Assembly (NCBI GenBank): GCA_051294905.1 | Contig: CM119386.1 | Location: 992,001 to 1,056,000, forward strand | Direction of reading: 5' to 3' | Source: Botryllus schlosseri | Taxonomy: Eukaryota | Length of the DNA: 64,000 nt | Shown here: positions 23,101-35,300 of the stretch, one piece after another | How positions within the stretch are numbered: position 1 is the first letter of the stretch | How the letters are laid out: each line of letters begins with the position of its first letter | Program-made: the position numbers and the translations under genes | Notes under the pieces: generated by a model | What the model was told of the DNA's origin: nothing | The model's input: the letters and a program-made list of their open reading frames with translations, nothing else | Database searches by the model: none

Positions 23101-26100
23101 TATGACGGTAACCGAGTTCAGCTACAGGTACGATTGTTACATCACACCTTAGGGGCACAGAGCTATTGTGCCCCGGTTGCTCGGTAATTTATGAATAGAA
23201 GAGAGGAAATCACCGTTTCTTTATTGTGCGCGGCTTTGAGAGAATAGACAGTGAAAGCTTGTTATGAGCGCTACCGGGGCATGCCCCGGCTAGGCATTCG
23301 CATAGCGAAAACACAGAAGAGAATTCGATTTTCGCAGAGACTTCGCTAAATATGGGCATTTACAAGCGAAAGGACAAGAAGAATACCATTTTCGCTGTGA
23401 TTTCGGTATATATAGATTGGTGTGCGTCTATAAATTGTAAAGAATTGTTATTGAACAGAATTTTAGGTGGGGCAATGCCCCAGTTGCCCTATAGGACGAG
23501 CCGCCACTGCGATATATACTGTATAATCCAATGGTTAATTTCAGGGAGAGGACATGTGCTATATAGCTAGTTTTGGTATTAGAAAGTCACATACTAAAGT
23601 GATGCATGCTCAGCTGCCGTTTTCATTGTGTCGCGTGCTCAAATAATGGGCAACCGCCATTTCATGAATGAAGGGAAATAATTTTTCAGAATGTTACACA
23701 TTTCATTCGCAGGCACTTTTCGAGCATGGAGTAGTTGGAGCGAGTGCGACGCCACTTGTGGGGGCGGCGAGAGGCTCCGTACGCGCACGTGCATGGTACC
23801 GGGAACTTGTGTTGGAAACTTCAGCGATACCGATACCACGCGGTGTAATTCTTACGATTGTTCCGCTACGCCCATAGGATGGTGGGGTGAGTTTCCATAA
23901 TTTAACCGCCATCGATATTTTTAGCAAAAACTCGTGGTACGGTATTTACTTACAAATAGACTCGGGCTATAGATAATTCTAGTTATCTAATTAGAAGTAT
24001 AGACCGAAATGGCTATAATCTAATTATAGAATAATATAATAAATGCTTACGCTCTCATTTTAATTCCAATCGAATTCCTTATTTTCCCGAAAATGCTACA
24101 GGAGAGCTGTATAGGCTAAGGTCATTCCAATTCAAATCTTATTTGATAAATAGTGCATATCTATAATGCTATAATCTGATTTGGAAAAGGCGAAAATTTT
24201 TGTAGTTGCAAATTGCCATACACTCTACTTTCAGACGCTTTCACGACTTGGACAAGTTTTGGTGAATGTGACGTAACATGCGGGGGCGGAGTGTCAGCGC
24301 GGACGAGGATGTGCACGCGTTGGAAAACTTGTATCGGGTTCACTCGCGAAGAGAAAATTTGTAACACTGAGAAGTGTCCTGGTGAGTAACAGCAGCTAAA
24401 CATGGGTCAATCGACCCTACGGAACATACGAACGCAGTTTTCGATCCTGGTGGCGTTGCTCGTCTTCGCCCACGCGCGGTCTTGACACGGAGATTGGCAC
24501 TTTGGCGCTGGTGTGAGCCCCGGCGAGTGAGAGTTATCTGTTCTTGGTAGGGAGCGGAAACCCTGCGCAGTGCTCTGAATGTTTAAAAGTGAAGAAATCC
24601 AACTGAGCACGGATAGACGGCGGGAGTAATTGGGCGCCCGTCGCTTCAATATCCAAGAAGTATAGCTCCTGGCTTCATAAAGGTTGGTGACCCCTGGGCC
24701 AAAGATTATAGAGATTATTCGCAATTCCCCAATAACATCGAGTCAATATCACGTTCTGAAACAAATATCGGTATACCTCGCCCATCGACACTTGCGTCGT
24801 TTTATGTTAATCCATGCTTCTTTCCATCCAGTGTGTTTGCCTCTTATTTACATCGCCTTGGCCCAGGCAGGTGTCTGATTTTTAAGACGACTCCGAGTCG
24901 CTTCAACACCTTCATGCCTGTCTTTTCACTGTATCGCAATCTGGTGGTGTATTGAAATCTCGAAATTAACAAAACAAACTAATGCTGATGCTGATACCGG
25001 CAATTTTCATGTCACAGCATAGTAGTATAGGGAATCAGATAATTAGCGTTTGCTACACTGGGAGTGTTTGATTTATTTCTTATAGCTACCATACGTCTAG
25101 CCTTTTTAGTTTATTTAACGTCCAAGCATAGCGATGGGTGGGAAGTGGGAATAGTTGTCTTACAATAAGTGTTCCGATGTTTTGGAAATGCGCATTAAGC
25201 TAGATGCCGTATCTTTTAAACATCGGTCGGACGCTGATTGAGAGTATATTAATCTCGGATATATTTGATTCACTTCCATACCATACTCCACACCATGTCT
25301 TGACTTTTTAGATTTCTTCAGTCCCTGGAGCAGCTGGGGACAATGTTCTAGATCTTGTGACGGAGGATGGGCCACGAGACAAAGATCGTGTATGGTGCCA
25401 GACGGTTGTGCAGGGAATTTCTCAATGATTGGAGAATGTAACACGGAGAAATGTCCGAGTATGTTGATCGTTTTCGTGCTGCAAAATATAATGCATATAT
25501 AGGGCTCGGTACAACGATTCGAGTACTTGATTCCAAATAGACTATCAATTGCAATGACTCGATTCGAGTAAGAGAATACTTTTTGATCTAGCACCACGAT
25601 ACCTATTTCCCACCATATGCAAGCCGTGACGCCTCGATAATTATGGTCGTATCGAAGCATACGAGACATGTGCTATGCAAAGCTACGCACGTTAGTAGTG
25701 GTACAGACAAATCCGTGCCGTGATCGACCTATAGCATCGTCACTCGTCACAAAGCACAATGAAATATCCATGATCGAAAATATACCAAATTTACTATAGT
25801 GTGATGTTTTAGCGACATCGCAGTGGGCGCTAGCTATACAAACTGAGCTTTATTTACTGGGCGCATTCAATCTTAAATTGCCGCGAAAGCTCTCCGTACC
25901 TGCTTATTGGGGCGCAATATTGAGTTTTCTAACTAATCAATCATAATGCGAAGAATTTTATTCAAGCGAGGGTTGTTTTGTGTGGTGTTCATGGTGGTTG
26001 TCGACTACAATGGTCATTTACAGCAGGCCGATATTCCTTAGTTTTGAATCCGAAATGTTTTTGAAAATTTGTGCTACTTTTATGGTTAAATATTATCACG

Positions 26101-28800
26101 GGCCTTAAATTTCCCAAGACAACACCTCAGTCATCTCTGCCGGTAATCTGACTACGTGGACTGAGAGAGGATAACAAATTTCTAGCAATATGTGTGCAAT
26201 TACCAATATTATTGACCGATTCAATCTTGAATTTGGGAAAATTTTCGCGCTAGGGCGATTAGGCCGGAAAAATACACCATCAGTTACCGAGAATAAGTAA
26301 CTCGCTCACAAGTATAGCGGTGAAAACGTATAGACCCCGTAGGGCAGACCTGGGCAGGGTGGGGCCCTCGGGCCATATGCGACCCGCGGAGCTATCCTGT
26401 TCGGCCCGGGAACAGTTGCTTAGAACTCAAAACATAAAAATTGCTTTTTTAATGTTAATGCGTGGACTTGGACCATATAGGCTGTAGAAACTGAACATGT
26501 GAAATTCGTTTACTTTGAAGCCTGTTCATTAATACGCCACGATTACGCTGCCTAATACATACCTCGCATGCGTAATCCAGATTTAAAATAAAGTCAATGT
26601 AGCTAAGTATGATTAGGAATTAAATTCACATCAAATCACTCTACCATACTGTTTAGTTCAAACCTTCTTTGTTGCGATTCTCACATTACGAATTATAAAC
26701 GGTCTGTGTTTCAAATTGTTACGTGTTACGTTTCCAAAACCCTAATTCGTAAAACAAGTCAATCAGTGCTTGCGATTACTATGTGACTCATCAGGAAGCC
26801 GCAAGCTGAAATTCAAAGAAGGTTTAGAGCACTGAATATTTGTATATGGGAGTCAAAGCTAAACTTTTTAGATTGTGCCGATCATGTCACCGAGATTGAA
26901 GATTTTATTTAAAGTCGGTCTTATGACAAAAACACGAAGACAGACCCCGCGTCAAGTGAAGGCGAATTGCAAGATTCGCTCAACATCCACTTCACCGACA
27001 AGATAGCGTAATAGTTAAGCGTCCGGCTTCTTGATTGGAAGGTCGTGGGTTCGATTTCCGGCCGGGTCAGACCAAAGACCTGATTAGTAACACTGGTATC
27101 CATGGCTTCCCTGCTTGGCGCTCATGCATTACTGGGATAGCATGGAGGGGTAGTGCATGACTTAGAAAGCTGTAAAGGCTATATCTGCGCTTCCTTGTCC
27201 AGCGGCATATGCACATCATGTACTCATGGTATGCATATGCGCAGATCGCGTGTATGTGTATCATGAGTCGGTGTATATGCCTCAAAAACATCAGGGACAA
27301 AAATAAACTATACGTCCTTTCCTTTCCTAATGGAAAAACGTGGATACGGGTTTAAAGAGAGTTGATAAATGTATCATGTTTGGCATTGTTTCGAATCATG
27401 ACGGCAAATAGATATTTTCTAAGTAACCGTCACTTTCGCATTACCTATAACATCAACACTCAACACATTCTCTGAGCAGCATTTATTACCAATGTAATTT
27501 AGAAATAAAATTGAAATACGATGGAGAGTATATAGCTAAATATTTTCACATGATCAGTTCTCATTTGACCCGCGCAGAAAAATAATTGCCCACCCCTGCC
27601 GTAGGGGGTCTATTTCTAGATATCCTTGAGTGCTACGTGTGCGTGAGCGGCCTTTTAGCTTATATATTTAACTTAATATTCGTAATTTGATTCAAGATAA
27701 ATGACCAACCAATCTGCCATTCACACAGCTAGCAAAATGTAATGACTTTGAATCATCATTCATATTTCGAAAATTCAATTTGACTTGAATTGTGACTTGA
27801 CTTGACTCGAGTCACCTCCAAAAAACGAGTGACTTGACTTGACTCGAGTCACCTTCAAAAATCGATTGACTTGACTTGACTTGAGTCAAAATGTGTAATG
27901 ACTCGAGATTACTCGTGACTCGAAGGTAGTGACTTGATCCCAACACTACTTGACCCTACTGACAATAACTTTAAATCTTTCCAAAGGTCGGTGTGAGTTG
28001 GATGGAAACTTTCTTTATCGTGATAATTGTTACGTCGTTCCGCTACCATCCTACATAGTTCATATGAATTACTCGGTCGCGGTCGAAGAATGTCGAAAAT
28101 ACGGCGGCAGTCTGGCGGAAATTTATGATCGCGACCACCAAAAGGCATTGGCAGATTTCGTGCGTTCGAAGAGACGTATCTACAACAGTTTTCGCGGTAC
28201 AAGCCTATGGGTGGGCATGCGGTATGATAGCAAGGTTCGTGTTAAACAGTTATTGGGATTTCGATTTACATCGCAGTGGAAACGAACCCGATAGAGCATT
28301 CACTAATTTTCCAGATTATATTGCATGTTTCCATTTTCGGAATCAGTGCCACAGTCGCTTTCGTCCAAGACCGGTTTTAATGGATTTGATAGATACGCTT
28401 TGGTCGTCAACTACAAAATTACGATATCTGTTCATGAAGAGACCAGAAACTGCTAGCGGTCTATGGGAGCTCAAAAGTGCAGTCACGTCCAGTGTATCAG
28501 TAGATTGATTTATCTATAGTACAAAAAGAAACCCCTCGTCGCGAATCAAGCTTATAAGTCTCCAATACTCAATACTCATCACGGTGCATTTGCTTCTCGC
28601 AGACGTCGAGCCTGCTATTCCAATCTGGGAATGTAATGAAAGCTGACCGGTTGCGATGGCAACTATCGTATCCATCGGGCGACGGAGATAATCTGATACT
28701 GACCATCGATTGGGAAGCGCCAACTTCTGAAAGGTCGGGCATGAGAAACCTGTCTCCATTACTGGATACGTTCGGCGTGATTTGCCAAAACGGAAAGTAG
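20143..28800 (+). CDS. Secreted protein: signal peptide + short amphipathic/coiled-coil segment + 3 thrombospondin type-1 repeats + C-terminal C-type lectin-like domain (about 375 aa)
   Basis: Exons: 20143-20236 (MFLKTVPFIVVLLGCGFTICKG...), 20310-20375, 21001-21051, 23713-23886 (WSSWSECDATCGGGERLRTRTC), 24235-24381 (WTSFGECDVTCGGGVSARTRMC), 25312-25458 (WSSWGQCSRSCDGGWATRQRSC), 27987-28234 (CELDGNFLYRDNCY...EECRKYGGSLAEI...LWVGMRYD), 28603-28800 (...RWQLSYPS...GMRN...FGVICQNGK stop). All junctions are GT-AG and in frame. Confidence 0.8.
22550..23060. repeat. Diverged tandem repeat, period about 199 bp, about 2.5 copies
   Basis: AATTACT...AAACTTGG.ACAGCGTTCGATACTAA...AAGAC.TACCGTGC recurs at about 22553, 22752 and 22951. 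Confidence 0.75.
26345..27598. mobile_element. Non-autonomous hAT-like element carrying a tRNA-SINE
   Basis: Ends CAGACCTGGGCA / TGCCCACCCCTG; perfect TSD CCGTAGGG (26337-26344 and 27599-27606). Confidence 0.85.
27002..27155 (+). mobile_element. tRNA-derived SINE (family S2), with a central domain resembling Meta-domain SINEs
   Basis: tRNA-like head (TAGCGTAATAGTTAAGCG...GGGTTCGATT), then CCAAAGAC...ACTGGTATCCATGGCTTCCCTGCTTGGCGCTCA. A second copy lies at about 61745-61885. The Meta-domain resemblance is from memory. Confidence 0.65.
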
Positions 28801-29379
28801 ACATCAAGACCTACACGCAGAGACTGAAATTTTCGGCTTTTCCGTATTAGATTATAATTGCAAGTACTGAATTTGCAAATGCATGGTAATTGAATTAAAT
28901 ACTTTAAAATAAAACATGCAAGTAATATAACGATAACATTATATCCGTCCTGTTCGTTAAGGTGGGCACTTTACATCGCCCAGGCCCAGGTGGGTGTCTG
29001 ATCTTAAGACTACTCCTAGTCGTTTCTGCATCTTCCTAGCATTCATTATTGTATTGCAGTCTTGTGATGTTTTGATGTGATGAAATTTTATGAATAAACT
29101 TGTACTTGAACTGAGCAGTAAGCAGTCTATAGATCAGAGGCTACATAGCTATTATAGATTATAAATATATTCTTTATTCACAGTAAAATTGGTAAATACA
29201 CACATAATCCGGGGAGCAACCTGCCACCTAAGGAAAATGACAAGATGGAAGTAAACTTTAAAAATTTCAGTAATCAAGTAAAATTGTTTTTCCTGCGTAA
29301 TACATGAAGATTACAGAATTGCGGTAGATGAAGAATTGGTAAAGCTTGCAGCGGTTAGGATGATTGAATATGAAGAATA

Positions 29380-29640
29380 TTAATTACAGAAATTATGCTG
29401 GGATTTTCTGGTACAAGTGTAATTTAGTCCAGTGGCGCATTCAAGGTCTTCCGAAGAAATATGCACAGCGCACAATAAAGTGATCTTCTGGATCATGTCG
29501 AATTGAAGGTTTCTCGGATTTTTTTGGATATGTCCAACTACTTTTTTGCTTACGACCCCTGGAGCGCCAATGACTATCGGTACATTGTTTATTTTGCATC
29601 GCCACATTTTCTCGCATTTCGTTTTGAGGTCTGCGTATTT
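29380..29640 (-). mobile_element. Degenerate 3' end of an RLE-type (R4/Dong-like) non-LTR retrotransposon
   Basis: Translation MWRCKINNVPIVIGAPGVVSKKVVGHIQK...MIQKITLLCAVHI matches the PIVIGALG...IQK..LL...HI C-terminal signature of restriction-like endonuclease LINEs. Confidence 0.65.
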
Positions 29641-29727
29641 TGATTGTTAAAATACGACTAGTCCACGACAACGTGGTTTCTAATCACTTTGGCTGCGGTC
29701 AATTTATTTGTGGCATTAAAGAACAGA

Positions 29728-29800
29728 AAGAGAGAGATGGAGAGAGAGGGACAGAGAGAGAGAGAGTGAGAGTGAGAGAGAGAAAGACAGAGGGAGAGAG
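29728..29800. repeat. Imperfect (GA)n microsatellite
   Basis: GAGAGAGATGGAGAGAGAGGGACAGAGAGAGAGAGAGTGAGAGTGAGAGAGAG visible directly. Confidence 0.85.
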
Positions 29801-30379
29801 TCTGAGTAAAACCAGGCTACGCAATCGTTGATTGACTGGTTTGTTGCCAGTAGCGTCGAAGGTGTATCTGCATTGGCTCCCCATGTGTCGCTCATACGGC
29901 CACAAAAAGCCCAGACAAAGACCCAATGAAGAATGCACATTGCACACTGGCAGAAACGAATGCAAAGAGCAAGGATCGAAGATCGTATAAAAAAGACAGC
30001 CAAATATGAAAATTCAGTTCGGTTTATTAGCAATTTTTAGCCTATATGATTATGAAATAAAGAAAAAAATCGGTACTATAGGCCAGATGGATGCCAGATT
30101 AAAACTTCGTAACTGTTCATTTCGCAACCAAGTCAAGTCCGAGTCCAAGTCATGCGGAGCAAAGGGTCGAGTGTCCACTGTTCAGTTTCAATATCGAATA
30201 TTTATACGTTTACATTCCATAGGTTCAAGTTCAATAAGTCATGTTCAACTAGGTTCGCAGCCATATACAAATTTTCCTCAATCTTAGCAGTTTCATTGTC
30301 ATCATTTAATAATTTTTTAAATCAAATCACTACACCACAAAACGAAAATATAGGAGGGTGCCGGAACGACTTCGAGTAG

Positions 30380-31040
30380 TCTTTAAACCAGACACTCACC
30401 TATTGACCTACAGCATCATGAAAATAAGAGGCATGCACATTGCACACTAAACGACAAAATGAATACTGCGTGTTTCGGTAGGTGAGGTCGATTTTGTCTG
30501 TTCGTGGTGCGGTAATCTTGAGGGCTGTCTAGTAGCCTATTGATTCAGTAAAAAAATGCTTCACTTCGATTTGAATGCTCGACGACTGCCGGATAGCCGA
30601 TGAGATGCTGTTCCACACTACAGGTCCGGCGGGTTACTTGATATAGCATTGTTTTTCTTGTTTTCCATCCTGATTATATGGTTCTTCGAGGACGTACGTG
30701 TCACGTGTGCACTTGTGCGCATTTGATTACGACGTGAAGTAGTCGTTGAAATTTGTGGGACTGCTGTCAGCGCAATTTAGCTGATACATAAACTTAATTG
30801 GCAATTGGAGTAGCGATTTATCAGTTGCACATCCAGGCCCACTTGGGGCCTTGGCAATGATACAGAGAATCCGATGTAGTAGGTTTTGCAGTGGGTCATT
30901 CGTATTCTCGCAGGCAGCCCTATGGTTCAGTAGGCTACAAGTTGGCCAGTACCATAGTAGACAACAGGATAAACGAAATACCAATATTGTAGGAACTTCA
31001 CTATTCTTGAAAGTTACAGTGAACACGCAATGACCCGAGA
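30380..31040 (-). mobile_element. Degenerate LINE (L2/Crack-like) ORF2 C-terminus and 3' UTR
   Basis: QNLLHRILCIIAKAP...LQL.IKFMYQLN...PTNFNDYFTS; homologous to 19018-19368 and to 56560-57180 plus 60749-60830. Confidence 0.75.
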
Positions 31041-31140
31041 ACAAAGATCGAGCATGACCGCGTGTTGGGGATTAATCTAGGCTCCTCCTCGCCATATGGC
31101 CGCGTAGTTGGTGTATTGAAAAGCCTGGCATGTTACAAGT

Positions 31141-31141
31141 C

Positions 31142-31182
<41 letters not shown>
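31141..31182. repeat. (CAGA)10 microsatellite forming the tail of an S1 SINE fragment
   Basis: Perfect CAGA run directly after GTTACAAGT, the SINE S1 3' motif. Confidence 0.9.
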
Positions 31183-31789
31183 TACAGTTTTATTAAACAA
31201 AATTGCAATAAAAATATAATACAAGTTGCAGCGATACGATTCTTAGGGATTCCCGTGGATCATCCCGTCAGGTGCATTGACAGAGTACTAATTAAGCATT
31301 TTCAATTCGAGTCGGCTGACAAGGAATCATAATCAAGATTATCGGCCTGGTCTGGTGACCGCAACTTGTCGTTCGGCATCCTCCTATCTGTTCATTACTG
31401 TATTGTGTCTTATCGCATTGTACACTGTGTGTGTTTCATTCAGATGAAAATGGAATCTAACGATTATTACGATTACGTGTAAATGACTATTGTTGTCGAA
31501 AAACACCATGACTACCACAAACAATGGTCTACTCCGAGTACAACTCGAGTCAATACACACAATAGACTGAAGTCAAGTCATTTTCCTTATTTAGAAAAAT
31601 GACTCGGGTCATCTCAACCTTAATTCAAGTCATATCAAAAGTCATATGAAATAGTTGATTCGAGTCGTTTACTGAGATACGCGGGGGAGATAGCGTAGTC
31701 GTAACGATAAGCGCCCACCGATCTGACGGATCTGTTTCGATTCCCGTCGGAGGTTTATCTGGGCTCCTCTTCCCCCGTCGTTGTCGTTC

Positions 31790-32230
31790 TTACGGCGATA
31801 AAAGAAGCCCAGAAAAAAGACCCGACGAAAGAAAGCACTTACAAGGAATGGAAAGAACTAGTAGAAAGGGCCGCGGCTTCAAAAAGATCAACATCGAAAA
31901 GAACTGTGAAATCGGGCACTCTAGGCCGAGGAGGATGTTAGAGTAAAGGATCGCTACTATGCGTGTCGTTCGACATCCTCCTATCTGTTCAGAGAGAGAG
32001 AGAGTCTTTATTTTCATCAAACCAAAATACATAACACACGGCAGTGGTGGTGGTACAGAAAATATGCATGCACACTTGCACAGTATTCGGCATTAGATAG
32101 GGATGATCGATAAGACCGTGAAGGTCATCTAGTCTGATCACACCAGCATTCATGACATCGCATTGTTACTTATCGCATTGTACATTGTGTGTGACTTGTT
32201 CAGATGAAAAATATAACCCAAATAATATCC
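31790..32230 (+). mobile_element. LINE-like 3' fragment (second copy inverted at about 56210-56500), interrupted by another retro-element tail
   Basis: CTTACGGCGATAAAA...GACCCGACGAAAGAAAGCACT.ACAAGGAATGGAAAGAACTAG...GTCGTTCG.CATCCTCCTAT...GTTCAGATGAAAA is shared in reverse with 56210-56500. Its remnant reading LTAIKEAQ...WKELVERAA resembles LINE ORF2 ends. Confidence 0.55.
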
Positions 32231-32335
32231 GGCATCTGCTACGGTCCATCGCTCTTGCCACGACTGCGCCACTTGGATGTTTATATTTGGCGACGTAAGT
32301 TCTGACATTGCGATTTGCTGAGAGAGCTTGGAGAA

Positions 32336-35300
32336 ATGGAGAAGCTGTACGCCGTCCCTTATTCAGTGCTGCAGTGTCCGAATTTGAAGTTGAAGAAGCC
32401 ATCATGGTTGAGGCAACCATCGGCTATGACGGTCTTTGCTGTCGTGATGGCGTCGTATTTCTTGGTAACAGCAGGTAAGCACATACACTATACAGTGTTA
32501 CTCAGTGTGATGCAGTCGAATCCTCATAATTCTGACACCGGAAAACCGATTTATTCGGCCGAAATACACCCGTTAATTCGTACTGCTTGAGAATGAACAG
32601 CCGAAACGACTTGATTGATGGAGTGTATTAATCTAACTTCTATCGTGACATACATATATAGTACCGGTAATAAAATTGCAGTAATTCCAATGCAATCGGT
32701 GTCCTGTGCTCGCCTCACACTATGTTTTATTTTTTAATTATTTTTTATTAAATTACTTCAACTAGGAAAATCATCGCTGCTCACCTGATATATCAGGCAA
32801 AAAGGCCAGCGATTCCAATCAAATGCGTTAAATAACGGTCACGGCACTGTCAGAGCAGAGTTATAGTGTCAACGTCACATGCAAATTTCCGTTTGCGCCC
32901 AATTATTCACTGAATACCACTGTCTCCAATCTGGCTGCAGTATAGTACAGAATAGAGGTCCGTAGTCCCTAAGTCCGTGCCATGCTCGTGCCCAATCATG
33001 CAGACTTCATTGACTATTTCGCATGGTCAGTTATCGTGGCTAGACTGCAAAAGGTGGTCTGGTTTACCAGCTTGTAGAAGTGGGGCTAGCGATGATATAT
33101 TTAGGCCTATGGTCTTAGATTTCTGCACCGATCAACATTGGCGTATGATCTGTCAACTGTTGCGTTCACATAATGGAAATCAACTGAATACATATCAGAA
33201 TATCTAAAGACAGCGTTCAGCTTTTAAAACTGGCATTTCTCAAAAGCACTTGTCCCCCTCGCCAAGATAAAAAGTTGAAAACTATGTTACAACAGCACTT
33301 TATGAGGTGAAGATAGAAGTGGGCAATATGATTAGAGTACTGAAATTACACGGTCCTTGACACAAAGAGTTGATTTGTGTTGAAATGATGGATTCAGTAT
33401 TATTTTCATTGTGGAAGCCCCGATTGGTCGACACATGTAGTAGAAAGCTACGTACGTTAACGGAAAATGACATTTCCGTGTTGAGAACCTACACAAGCAT
33501 TGTCACAAAGTGCAAGGCAATTCCAAATCATCCTAATGTGGTGTAGAATTCTTTGTGTCAGAATTTATGGTTCATAAATAGAATTTTCAATATCATCTAG
33601 GCCAGTGGTTCTCAACCGCCGGTCCGCGACGACACTCCTGCCGGTCCGCGAGGTAAATTACAATTTTATACTTCAATTTCAAGATGTAATGTTGAAGGCT
33701 TGTCCATTGATAGAATAAATAAAACATCAAATTTTAAAATAATTCAGAAGTTCTAGAGGTAACATTAGGGCTTGAAACATGTTCGATTTGACTTAAAGTT
33801 CAAGACGTGTTATTTGACGAGCGACAAGTACAGAACTGGTACGAGCTTAACAGCGCAGTTTACGTGATCATTCGTTTTCGATTCATTCATTTTGTGTAAG
33901 ACCGTAACTGGGGCACCAAAAACCACCCAATTGGAGCTTGAAGAGTGCCCAAAATTATTTTGCAAATGAACCTAAATCACAGCGTACTTTTCTGAAACTT
34001 TTTCCAGCATTTTTCAATTTCTTTTCACGCGATTTAGTGTCACTAACTGTCTTGCTTATTCGGTGCCCTTCTCCGAGATACATGCATGATTTATAGAAAT
34101 AGGCATTTTGGCGTCAGCCATTACCGCGCCACGACGTACCAACCCCTGATGAAGTATAGGCTAACATGGCACTCCGTAGGGTGTACCAAAAGTTCGGTAG
34201 CGAGAAAACCGATTCAGTCATGAATGATCGATAATATTCGGTATTGCCGCGATTAAGCTACATAAACTCTCTGCTTACACCGAGTAGAATGAATGTGCTC
34301 ACAAGTATAGGTGAAAACATCGACCGAACTGTAGGGTCTGGGGGTGAAGCGCTCGGAAGTTTGGCTTACTCCATGTGGGGGACCAAGACCAACGTTTTTT
34401 GAGGTGGGCTAACGAAGTGCTTCTGCGGCCCGGATTTCCGGATGGCCAGTATAGTTGCTGCAAGGTGTTCTCCCGCGGCACACATTGTATTCGTAGTTGC
34501 CAGAGTAGCGTTGGCGTCTGACGGAAGTGGGCAATGAGCAAGGTAGCACGGCAAGGTGCTTGGTTCGACTTGGATCGAGTTGGCGTGGTCGGTTAAACCC
34601 ACGGCCTTCGGCGCGAAAGACTGTAAACGACTCTCGGCGGTAGCACGTTTATCTTGATAAGGCAATTTTACCTCGAGTCAGCAGACTGACTACCATAAAA
34701 TCACATGGATGCTATCATGAAGACAATTAATTACGATCAAAACCCTTTAAATGTCACTCTCTAGCACCATATAATTGCAAAAAAAGGTTGCATACTTTGC
34801 ATTTTGGCTTCATTTCAATTTTCGAAGAGCACCGGTCGGCCAGACATTTTTTTTGAATTTTACCGGTCCGCGAGGTGAAAAAGGTTGAGAACCACTGATC
34901 TAGGCTATACATTTATGATGCTACGAGTGATTCTCGACTAGAAGCCGATTACTCGGTTAGGAATGTAATCACTCAGGTACTCGATTTGGCCAAGCTTAAC
35001 GTACAGACATAAAATGATACTATTGTACGACTCTATGGTGATTTTCATCTCATCCCGTGATTTAGCAACAATCCGACAGATTCAAGCATTTTTTTTCAGG
35101 AATTATTTATGATGTAATTGTGGAACCACCTAGCGTCGGCCAGACACTCGACGAGCGCGGAAATGCGAAGCCAGTTGCGTTCTTGGCATACAGGTGATTT
35201 TAGTCTTCTATCAAAGTGTTATTAACGGCGGTGGCCTTATTGACAAGATGCACTTAAGTTGATTTAATCCAACTTGTGTTCCTCACTTCAAATTTTGTAA

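Noticed and set aside
34299-34665. GC-richer ORFs inside the OSTC-intron hAT element as a possible captured gene or transposase
   Set aside because: No DDE, BED or hATC motifs and no recognisable host protein; treated as non-coding cargo.
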